DNA of 64,000 nt, taken from NCBI GenBank assembly GCA_964016885.1, contig OZ024743.1, forward strand, positions 85,994,001 to 86,058,000, in the 5' to 3' direction. The position numbers and the translations under genes are program-made. Source of the DNA: Eledone cirrhosa (taxonomy: Eukaryota). Positions 1-12,500 of the stretch are shown here, piece by piece. How positions within the stretch are numbered: position 1 is the stretch's first letter; each line of letters starts with the position of its first letter. The notes under the pieces are model-generated. The model saw nothing but the letters and a program-made list of their open reading frames with translations, had not been told where the DNA came from and searched no databases.

Positions 1-409
1 GTTTTACACTTTGTAATGATTTAGCAGAAAATATTAAAAAAATGGGCTTGTTAATTCTAATGTTTATAATATCTTTACTAGTAGTCAGATTGTTGTAAAA
101 ATTTGTAATGTTGAAGCAAAGACATCAGTTTTTGATGCAATCATAGTGCTGTTTTCTACTTTTAAAGAATGTTTTGCTAATGCAATTTCATGCAATACAT
201 TTAAGAGTTAAAATAGATGGTAATATCTTTTCTTCATAAATTCATAACGTCCCCACCCGCCAATAAAAAAGAAAACATAGTTAACAGAGTGCATTATATA
301 ATGTTTGTAATATTTGTTCTTGTTCAAAATATATTCTGACATCTTTTGTTTGTAAATTCATAGCATTTTCTCTTATTTGAATATATTTATACTAATATTT
401 GTTCCCTAG

Positions 410-571
410 GTCCTTGTCCTCCATGTCCCAAAGTTTTGAAGGCTCTCTGCCATTGCCAACGCTCTCCAGCCAAAATGCGACGCTGCTCTGATAAAATATG
501 GTCCTGTGGGCAAGCTTGTGAACGCCTGTTGCTCTGTAAACAACATTACTGTCAGCAACCATGTCATGAAG
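410..571 (+). CDS. NFXL1: NFXL1 internal exon ([20 protein letters not shown]...CQQPCHE)
   Basis: ccctag| acceptor, |gtaagc donor, phase 1-1. Confidence 0.92.
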
Positions 572-3500
572 GTAAGCATATTATTATTGTCACCACCATT
601 TTATGTTTGATTTCCATGCTGGTGTGGGTTGGATAGGTTGTCACTTTCTCAGATTAGACAGGTCAGATGAACATGTCTTGCTCATATGTTTCAATTCAGT
701 ATAGTGCCTATAGCTGGATGTCCTTACAGTTTGTATTGAGTACAATTTATTATGGAACCAACAGTGTGGGCAGGGTTCATTTTATTGTGACACTAGCACT
801 TTTTACAGAGTGGACTGGGTGTATTTTACCATGATATCAGCACTATAATTTTACTGTGTATACTCAGTGCATTTTGTAGTAATGAAGATAGTATAGATGA
901 AGATAGAAATAAAGAACAGAGAACAACTATACACACAAAGTCACATACACTGACATTGTAAGTTTAATGAGAAGGTATACATTCACTTGTCTCTTCTTTA
1001 GATATAAAGAAAAGTAATAAAATAATTCAGCAAATTATATATCAAAATCTAGTTTATTTATAAACCAATAGCCTATAATATAATTGGATTGATTGTTGAT
1101 AATATTTTATTTTACTTATGAAGGGTGGTGGATTGGTAGAATTGTTTGTACATGGGATCAAATGCCATTGCAGTATTTGTTCTGGCTCTTGACATTCTGA
1201 ATTAAAATTCTACTAAGGTCAACTTAGCCTTTCATCCTTCTGTATCAATAAAATAAAGTACCAATCAAGTATTGGGGTTGATTTAATCAACTTTGCCCAT
1301 CCCTGACAAAATTTACTGGCCTTGTGCCTAAATTAGAAATCAATATTTTATTATACTTTCCTTTAATTTATTTAGGGGACTGTCCACCATGTCCTAAAAC
1401 CAGCCAGCAGAAGTGTCTTTGTGGCCAAGAGACTGATATTCGCCCCTGTGCTACACCACAGTGGCAATGTGAAAAGGTAAACTGCAGTTTAATGTTGTTG
1501 TTGTCATCATCATTATGGTGATATCTCACTGTTTTTGTTTAACTTTTGCACTTTGTAAAGTGATTTTATGTATTAGATGTTCCTAATGTTATTCTGTGTG
1601 AAATATGAGTAAGCAGTTTAATAAACTCTGATGACACCTGTGCTGAATTACAAATCAGAAGTTAGATTATAACTCACTATAAGTAGTTTTACACAGGTAG
1701 AAACAATTGTTGGTTTAAAAATGCTTTAAATCTTTGGTGTTATTTAAACTTTTAATATATATATATATATATATTGATGCTTGTATACGAACAGCAATGT
1801 TACATGGCAGTGAGACATGGGCATTGTGTGCAGAGGACCTGCACAGATTGGAAAGGAACAAAGCATGCATGTTCCGTTGGATGTGTAATAGTAATATACG
1901 TGAACGGCAAAGCATAAATGAACTAAGTGAGAAATTAGGAATAAGAGGGATCAGATGATGTTTAGTCGAAAGAAGACTACGTTGGTATGGTCATGTGATG
2001 CGCATGAAAGACGACAGCTGTATAAAAAAGTGCAGAGTGATCAAAATTGATGGAAGTTACAGAGTAGGCAAACCCAGAAAAACCTGGGATGATGTGATAA
2101 AATCCGACCTTGCACACTTACACCTCTCTAAGACAATATGACTAAATTGAGATCTTTGGCGCCACACAGTAATTCAGAAGACCCGCCTTCCCTACGTACA
2201 AAGTTAACCTACAGTCAGTAGGCCCCTCCTAACCAAATATACGCCCCCAACACACTACCCCTACTCCATCCTCCCACTCCCACCAACACCACCCTTTCTC
2301 TGTAAAATTATGTTGGTACAACATCCAGTCCAAACTAAAGAGGTGTAGGTGTCACAACAAAAAACACACACAGCCCTCGCTGTAAAGTGGTCGTGTAGGA
2401 GACGTGGTAAAAAGGCTCCCAGTCCACACTGTAAATGTGGTTGGTGTTAGGAAGGGCATCTAGCCGTAGAAAACCTGCCAGATACAGTCCTATACGAGCA
2501 AGACACGGTCACCTGATCAATCTTGCCTCAAGTGGGACAATTCCCGTCTTACCCATGGAAGATGGACGTTAAACGAGGATGATGATAGGTATTAAGGTGC
2601 AAATTAATTGCGTCTATAGGTGGTATGCCGAATGAACACTCGATACTCTTAAGGAGCAGAGTATCAATAGTATTAATATATAAGGGAACAAAGAATCAGT
2701 GTTGCATCATAAACATATTTAATTACATATTACATATGTTTCATTATCAATCAGCTCAAGGAACAATCTGTGTGTGTGTCTGTCTATGTTTACTTTTGTC
2801 TGTGACTATGTCCCATAAGCAGTTCGACAAAAAAGAGATTGATAAATAAGTTCCAGACTTTAAAAAAAAAGATACTGGGATCAATATGATTGACTAAATC
2901 AAGGTGGTGCCCCAGCATGGCCATAGTTTTCACCCTTCTCTCTCTCACTCTCTGCTACTCTGATAAATTTTCCAAACAGTGATGGAAATGTAAAAGGAAG
3001 AAAACCAAGCCAGACATGACTAAAGATGATATAGGAGGAAATGAAAGCCCCCCCCCCCCCCCCCGCCCCTCTCTCCTAACATCTGAAACCTTAAAACTCT
3101 TTTTCTACTATCTCTTTCTTTTTACCTGTAACTTGTTATTCCTGATGGAGTGGTAGGGGTACTGTCATGATATACACCACATTTTGGGCATTTTAGACCT
3201 GGTGGAACCAATTCTCTCTCCAGGGAAGGTTGTGGGGAGAGAATCAATCCCAGTTCTGGATTTGTACTTTTTTATTGACTCTGAAAGGGTGCAAGGCAAA
3301 GTTGACCTTATTGGTATTTAAATTCAGAATGCATACTGGAATAAATACTGCAAAGCATTCTATCCAACATTCTAATGACTCTCAATTTTCTGCCTTCTTT
3401 TCCTACTATATCAAGCATTAAACTAATATATATCATCATTGTACTGTACTGTTATCCTGTGTTGCTTTTCCTTGTTGACATGTCGGATCTGTTTATGAAT

Positions 3501-6500
3501 TGAGAAGCTCTAGGAGCTATATAATGAATGTTTCTCCCACAATATTTCTATATATTTTTTTTCTTTTAAAATATATTTGTTTCTCTTTATTCCATAGATT
3601 TGTGGGAAATTGCTTAAATGTGGCCATCACACCTGTGAACAAATTTGTCATGCTGGAGGTTGTGGTGAATGCCCAAGAAGTGGGTTGCGAAAATGTCCCT
3701 GTGGCAAAATGTGTAAGTTTTCAGAATAGAGAAAATTGTATTAGAATACTCAAATTCTTGGCAGTATCAGTCGAGGGTCGGACGCCATGCCTTGCAGCAT
3801 AGTTACGACCCATTATGGTCTGAGTTGAAATCCTGCCGAGGTTAACTTTGCCTTTCATCCTAATGCACTGGGATAATTGCTGGCCTTGTGCCAAAAATAG
3901 AAACAATTATTATTATGCTGTGTTTGTATTAATGGTATGTGTATTCTGGATTTTAGAATAAATACATCATGTCTCTGCATGTAGTATGAGACAATTAAAA
4001 AGGTTTGGTATCAGGAAGGGCATCTGGCTGTAAAACATTATCTCAAATCATCCCATCCAAACAGATTCTAGCATAGAAGAGAGAACATAAAAACGATAAT
4101 GATAATTAATGTAATTTTTGATTTTCAGTTTAAGGTTTGAAAGTTTCTGAAAATTCATTACTTTGTGAGCTTAAAATTAAATAGATTTTAATCTACCTAT
4201 AACAAGCATCTTTCTAACAATTTACAGATCAGTTTCTAACTCTCTCGACTTTAGTATGTCTCAATAGAATGTATATATGATAGTAGAGTGTAATTGAATG
4301 TGCAAGTCTTGTCTTCTTTCTGTTTTGTCTTTTCTTTGATTATTCTATTTTTTGCAAATTGTTAATCTTTTGATTATTGATAATAAATAAGATATTTCCA
4401 TTCCTCTAAAGGACTTATAATTAAAAGATTTAGTATGTAAAATGTAGCAAGATATATAAATTTTTTTTTTTTTCATCTAAACATTACAGAATTTCATTTT
4501 AATCTAAACCAGGTTGCAAATATTTTGCCCATTTCTTCCCCAAGCTCACAAACACTAATCTACAAATATATAAAAATATCTTTTTCCTTATAAAAATATT
4601 TATCTTTAACCCTTTAGCATTTACATTACTCTATATATACTATTGTATTTTTGTGGTAAAAGCTTTATCTTACATAATTATCTCACATCGTATCAAATCT
4701 ATGAAATTTTGATGTTATTTATTTTGAGAAGAATACCTTAATGTCAATATAAGCAGGTAGTTACAGCCGGTTTGAACAGAAAGAGGTGAGAGAATTCTGG
4801 CAGGATATGGTCGGCTTAAATGAAATGAAATGATAATCCTTTATATATAACCCATCTTAAACTGCGTGGTTGTTTGTTATTTATTCTCTAAATGCAACTT
4901 ATATAAATGTACATGTCTTAAAGTTATGCAATTATTAGCCAGCTTTTTTCCAGCCTATGACATTCATGGCATTTGGGGGAGCTGGACTGCTGACAATGAA
5001 ATTCTTGATATTGTTGGTGACTCACCTTACTGAGGTATCAGGTGCAGGTGCTTGGTTATTCCAGCTCCTTAATCTCATTGTCACCTGCATTAATGCTGCA
5101 AGTTTGTTGGTTTGCCTGAACAATTATTAGAGAGAAGCTCCAGCATTCCATATGATGGGTGATTGATTGTGTGGATCTTCTTCACCACACTTTTTTCTCT
5201 ATTTGTAGTACTGTATCTGCATAGTCTTATTCACTATATAGATTGTATTGATAATGTCAAGATATAAGTTATCTAACCTTTAATTTGACTTGTTTTAAAC
5301 AAAATATTACCTAATAATCTTACGTAAACACCCATTCCTATTTGTGCATCACAAACTTTGCTAATTGTATAAATAAACAATGTTTTGATATTTTAGTATA
5401 TTCTTCTATAATATAAGCTCAATTATTGTGATAATTAATTGTAACACACATAACCATTCTGCTGTTAGCAGAAATAAAAGTATCTGAAGTATAAACTGAA
5501 GAAATTCTGAGAATAATATATATATATATTTTTAAAATAGCTGTTCAGTTACCTTGCACTAAGGATATTCCCACCTGTGGTGATACCTGCAGTAAAAATT
5601 TGTCTTGTGGTGTACACCAGTGTCAGCAACGTTGTCATTCTGGACAGTGTGATATTGTAAGTTAATTAGCTTTATTCTTTCAACATAATTTAATTTTAAT
5701 ATCTGTATTAAAAGCCAAAAAAAAGTTATCTTTTACAGATGGATGTCCTTCATATAATTTTTATATCACCTATTCTGTAGTGTAATGGTGTTGGTGCCAT
5801 GATAGAGAGCATGCAATCCACCCTAAAGATGATAGCACTGGTGCAATGATGAAGCGCACATGGTCTGCCCTGTGGGGGAGTGGTGCTGGAGTCATGATGG
5901 AATGCTCCTAGTACAACCTGTAGCGTGGTTGGTATTAGGAAGAGCATCCAGCCATTAAAAACAATGCTCCCAGTATGCTTTGTAAAGTGGTTGGCATTAA
6001 GGAAGGGCATCCAGCTGTAGAAAGCAAGCCAAAACTGTGTGTGCAAGCATGGAAAATAGACGTTAAATAGTGATAATGATAATGATGATTTCTTATGAAA
6101 TAGTGTATTTGAATTATTTAAAGGGATTTACAAAAAGATTTCATTATTACGGTGGATTGGCAGTATCGGTAGAGGGTCAGACGCCATGCTTTCCAGCATA
6201 GTTACGTCCCTTTACGATCTGAGTTCAAATCCCGCCGAGGTTGACTTTGCCTTTCATCCTTAGGGGGTCGATAAAATAAAGTACCAGTAATGCACTGGGT
6301 AATTGCTGGCCTTATGCCTAAAGTAGAAACAGTTATTACTATAGTATTTGTAACATAGTTTAATAAAAAGTTCTTATATCAAATGTGTATCCCAATTTTT
6401 AGAATAAGTAGACCATATACCTGCATGTCATAAGAAACGACTAAAATGATTGGCATCAGGGTCGGTAGCAGGCTGTAAAACATAGTTTAAAAACATTGCA

Positions 6501-9500
6501 CCCAGCCCATGTTAGCATAAAAAAGACATTGAAGATGATGACCACTTAAAATAAGGGCTTTAAAGTAGTTTGGCTTCAAAAGGGTTAACAGTTGCTGTAT
6601 CTGAATATATGTAGGAGTCAATTATTGATTTATATTTCTTGTTTCTAGACATATTGTGGTGTTTATTTTAATATTTTAAATATTTAAGAGCTGTGATTGG
6701 CAGGATCTGTAGAGTATCAGATAAAATGCTTTGTGGTATTTTATTGTTTTCGCAGTTTAAATCCTACTGAAATCAACCTTGTTTTTTTGGGCATTAGGAA
6801 GGGCATCCAGTGCCATAGAAACTATGCTAGACTGAAACATAAGAGCATGACAATCATCTCACCTGTCTAGCCTCGGAACATAACAACCCACCTAACCCAT
6901 GCAAGCATGGAAAATAGATGTCAAAGGGTGATGATGAGGATGAAAACTTGAAAAAACAATATAAAAGAAGATAATAATCAGAAATGTAATTGAAAGTAGG
7001 GCTAACTTGGGTCGCTAAAATACTCTGGTACACATTGTAGGGCTAGCTTGGGACACTAAATACCTAGGGACACAATGTAGGGCTAGCTTGGGACACTAAA
7101 TACCTAGGTACACATTGTTGGGCTAGCTTGGGACACTAAATACCTAGGTACACATTGTTGGGCTAGCTTGGGACACTAAATACCTAGGTACACATTGTTG
7201 GGCTAGCTTGGGACACTAAATACCTAGGTACACAATGTAGGGCTAGCTTGGTACACTAAATACCTAGGTACACAATGTAGGGCTAGCTTGGGACACTAAA
7301 TACCTAGGTACACATTGTTGGGCTAGCTTGGCGCACTAAATACCTAGGTACACATTGTTGGGCTAGCTTGGGTCACTAAATACCTAGGTACACATTGTTG
7401 GGCTTGCTTGGGACACTAAATACCTAGGTACACATTGTTGGGCTAGCTTGGTACACTAAATACCTAGGTACACAATGTAGGGCTAGCTTGGGACACTAAA
7501 TACCTAGGTACACATTTTTGGGCTAGCTTGGGACACTAAATACCTAGGTACACAATGTAGGGCTAGCTTGGGACACTAAATACCTAGGTACACATTTTTG
7601 GGCTAGCTTGAGGCACTAAATACCTAGGTACACATTGTTGGGCTAGCTTGGGGCACTAAATACCTAGGTACACATTGTTGGGCTAGCTTGGGACACTAAA
7701 TACCTATGTACACATTGTTGGGCTAGCTTGGGGCACTAAATACCTAGGTACACATTGTTGGGCTAGCTTGGGACACTAAATACCTATGTACACATTGTTG
7801 GGCTAGCTTGGGACACTAAATACCTAGGTACACAATATAGGGCTAGCTTGGGACACTAAATACCTAGGTACACATTGTTGGGCGAGCTTGGGACACTAAA
7901 TACCTAGGTACACATTGTTGGGCTAGCTTGGGACACTAAATACCTAGGTACACATTGTTGGGCTAGCTTGGGGCACTAAATACCTGGGTACAAAATGTAG
8001 GGCTAGCTTGGGACACTAAATACCTAGGTACACATTGTTGGGCTAGCTTGGTACACTAAATACCTAGGTACACAATGTAGGGCTAGCTTGGGACACTAAA
8101 TACCTAGGTACACATTTTTGGGCTAGCTTGGGACACTAAATACCTAGGTACACAATGTAGGGCTAGCTTGGGACACTAAATACCTAGGTACACATTTTTG
8201 GGCTAGCTTGAGGCACTAAATACCTAGGTACACATTGTTGGGCTAGCTTGGGGCACTAAATACCTAGGTACACATTGTTGGGCTAGCTTGGGACACTAAA
8301 TACCTATGTACACATTGTTGGGCTAGCTTGGGACACTAAATACCTAGGTACACAATATAGGGCTAGCTTGGGACACTAAATACCTAGGTACACATTGTTG
8401 GGCGAGCTTGGGACACTAAATACCTAGGTACACATTGTTGGGCTAGCTTGGGACACTAAATACCTAGGTACACATTGTTGGGCTAGCTTGGGGCACTAAA
8501 TACCTGGGTACAAAATGTAGGGCTAGCTTGGGACACTAAATACCTAGGTACACATTGTTGGGCTAGCTTGGGGCACTAAATACCTAGGTACACATTGTTG
8601 GGCTAGCTTGGGGCACTAAATACTCTGGTACACAATGTAGGGCTAGCTTGGGACACTAAATACCTAGGTACACATTGTTGGGCTAGCTTGGGACACTAAA
8701 TACCTAGGTACACATTGTTGAGCTAGCTTGGGACACTAAATACCTAGGTACACATTGTTGGGCTAGCTTGGGGCACTAAATACCTAGGTACACATTGTTA
8801 GGCTAGCTTGGGACACTAAATACCTAGGTACACATTGTTGGACTAGCTTGGGACACTAAATACCTAGGTACACATTGTTGGGCTAGCTTGGGGCACTAAA
8901 TACCTAGGTACACAATGTAGGGCTAGCTTGGGACACTAAATACCTAGGTACACATTGTTGGGCTAGCTTGGGGCACTAAATACTCTGGTACACAATGTCG
9001 GGCTAGCTTGGGACACTAAATACCTAGGTACACATTGTTGGGCTAGCTTGGGACACTAAATACCTAGGTACACATTGTTGAGCTAGCTTGGGACACGAAA
9101 TACCTAGGTACACATTGTTAGGCTAGCTTGGGACACTAAATACCTAGGTACACATTATTGGACTAGCTTGGGACACTAAATACCTAGGTACACATTGTTG
9201 GACTAGCTTGGGACACTAAATACCTAGGTACACATTGTTAGGCTAGCTTGGGACACTAAATACCTAGGTACACATTATTGGACTAGCTTGGGACACTAAA
9301 TACCTAGGTACACATTGTTGGACTAGCTTGGGACACTAAATACCTAGGTACACATTGTTGGGCTAGCTTGGGGCACTAAATACTCTGGTACACAATGTCG
9401 GGCTAGCTTGGGACACTAAATACCTAGGTACACATTGTTGGGCTAGCTTGGGACACTAAATACCTAGGTACACATTGTTGAGCTAGCTTGGGACACTAAA

Positions 9501-12500
9501 TACCTAGGTACACATTGTTAGGCTAGCTTGGGACACTAAATACCTAGGTACACATTGTTGGACTAGCTTGGGACACTAAATACCTAGGTACACATTGTTG
9601 GGCCAGCTTGGGACACTAAATACCTAGGTACACATTGTTGGGCTAGCTTGGGGCACTAAATACTCTGGTACACAATGTAGGGCTAGCTTGGGGCACTAAA
9701 TACCTAGGTACACATTGTTGGGCTAGCTTGGGGCACTAAATACCTGGGTACAAAATGTAGGGCTAGCTTGGGACACTAAATACCTAGGTACACATTGTTG
9801 GGCGAGCTTGGGACACTAAATACCTAGGTACACATTGTTGGGCTAGCTTGGGGCACTAAATACCTAGGTACACAATGTAGGGCTAGCTTGGGACACTAAA
9901 TACCTAGGTACACATTGTTGGGCGAGCTTGGGACACTAAATACCTAGGTACACATTGTTGGGCTAGCTTGGGACACTAAATACCTAGGTACACATTGTTG
10001 GGCTAGCTTGGGACACTAAATACCTGGGTACAAAAAGTAGGGCTAGCTTGGGACACTAAATACCTAGGTACACATTGTTGGGCTAGCTTGGGGCACTAAA
10101 TACCTAGGTACACATTGTTGGGCTAGCTTGGGACACTAAATACCTAGGTACACAACGTAGGGCTAGCTTGGGACACTAAATACCTAGGTACACATTGTTG
10201 GGCTAGCTTGGGACACTAAATACCTAGGTACACAACGTAGGGCTAGCTTGGGACACTAAATACCTAGGTACACATTGTTGGGCTAGCTTGGGGCACTAAA
10301 TACCTAGGTACACATTGTTGGGCTAGCTTGGGGCACTAAATACCTAGGTACACAATGTAGGGCTAGCTTGTAACACTAAATACCTAGGTACACATTGTTG
10401 GGCTAGCTTGGGACACTAAATACCTAGGTACACATTGTTGAGCTAGCTTGGGACACTAAATACCTAGGTACACATTGTTAGGCTAGCTTGGGACACTAAA
10501 TACCTAGGTACACATTGTTGGACTAGCTTGGGACACTAAATACCTAGGTACACATTGTTGGGCCAGCTTGGGACACTAAATACCTAGGTACACATTGTTG
10601 GGCTAGCTTGGGGCACTAAATACTCTGGTACACAATGTAGGGCTAGCTTGGGACACTAAATACCTAGGTACACATTGTTGGGCTAGCTTGGGACACTAAA
10701 TACCTAGGTACACATTGTTGGGCTAGCTTGGGACACTAAATACCTAGGTACACATTGTTGGGCTAGCTTGGGGCACTAAATACCTAGGTACACATTGTTG
10801 GGCTAGCTTGGGGCACTAAATACCTGGGTACAAAATGTAGGGCTAGCTTGGGACACTAAATACCTAGGTACACATTGTTGGGCGAGCTTGGGACACTAAA
10901 TACCTAGGTACACATTGTTGGGCTAGCTTGGGGCACTAAATACCTAGGTACACAATGTAGGGCTAGCTTGGGACACTAAATACCTAGGTACACATTGTTG
11001 GGCGAGCTTGGGACACTAAATACCTAGGTACACATTGTTGGGCTAGCTTGGGACACTAAATACCTAGGTACACATTGTTGGGCTAGCTTGGGACACTAAA
11101 TACCTGGGTACAAAATGTAGGGCTAGCTTGGGACACTAAATACCTAGGTACACATTGTTGGGCTAGCTTGGGGCACTAAATACCTAGGTACACATTGTTG
11201 GGCTAGCTTGGGACACTAAATACCTAGGTACACAACGTAGGGCTAGCTTGGGACACTAAATACCTAGGTACACATTGTTGGGCTAGATTGGGACACTAAA
11301 TACCTAGGTACACAACGTAGGGCTAGCTTGGGACACTAAATACCTAGGTACACATTGTTGGGCTAGCTTGGGACACTAAATACCTAGGTACACATTGTTG
11401 GGCTAGCTTGGGACACTAAATACCTAGATACACATTGTTGGGCTAGCTTCGGGCACTAAATACTGAAGTACACATTGTTGGGCCAGCTTGGGACACTAAA
11501 TACCTAGGTACACATTGTTGGGCTAGCTTGGGACACTAAATACCTAGGTACACATTGTTGGGCTAGATTGGGACACTAAATACCTAGGTACACATTGTTG
11601 GGCTAGATTGGGACACTAAATACCTAGGTACACATTGTTGGGCTAGCTTGGGGCACTAAATACCTAGGTACACATTGTTGGGCTAGATTGGGACACTAAA
11701 TACCTAGGTACACATTGTTGGGCTAGCTTGGGGCACTAAATACCTAGGTACACACTGCTGGGCTAGCTTGGGGCACTAAATACCTAGGTACACAATGTAG
11801 GGCTATCTTGGGACACTAAATACCTAGGTACACATTGTTGGGCTAGCTTGGGGCACTAAATACTCTGGTACACAACATAGAGCTAGCTTGGGACACTAAA
11901 TACCTAGGTACACATTGTTGGGCTAGCTTGGGGCACTAAATACCTAGGTACACAATGTAGGGCTAGCTTGGGACACTAAATACCTAGGTACACATTGTTG
12001 GGCTAGCTTGGGACACTAAATACCTAGGTACACATTGTTGGGCTAGCTTGGGGCACTAAATTCCTAGGTACACATTGTTGGGCCAGTTTGGGACACTAAA
12101 TACCTAGGTACACATTGTTGGGCTAGATTGGGACACTAAATACCTAGGTACACATTGTTGTGCTAGCTTGGGGCACTAAATACCTAGGTACACATTGCTG
12201 GGCTAGCTTGGGGCACTAAATACCTAGGTACACAATGTAGGGCTAGCTTGGGACACTAAATACCTAGGTACACATTGTTGGGCTAGCTTGGGACACTAAA
12301 TACCTAGGTACACATTGTTGAGCTAGCTTGGGACACTAAATACCTAGGTACACACTGTTAGGCTAGCTTGGGACACTAAATACCTAGGTACACATTGTTG
12401 GGCTAGCTTGGGACACTAAATACCTAGATACACATTGTTGGGCTAGCTTCGGGCACTAAATACTGAGGTACACATTGTTGGGCCAGCTTGGGACACTAAA

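Noticed and set aside
1625-1665. Hammerhead at CTGATGACACC
   Set aside because: GAAA is replaced by GAAT and the stems are too weak to distinguish from chance.
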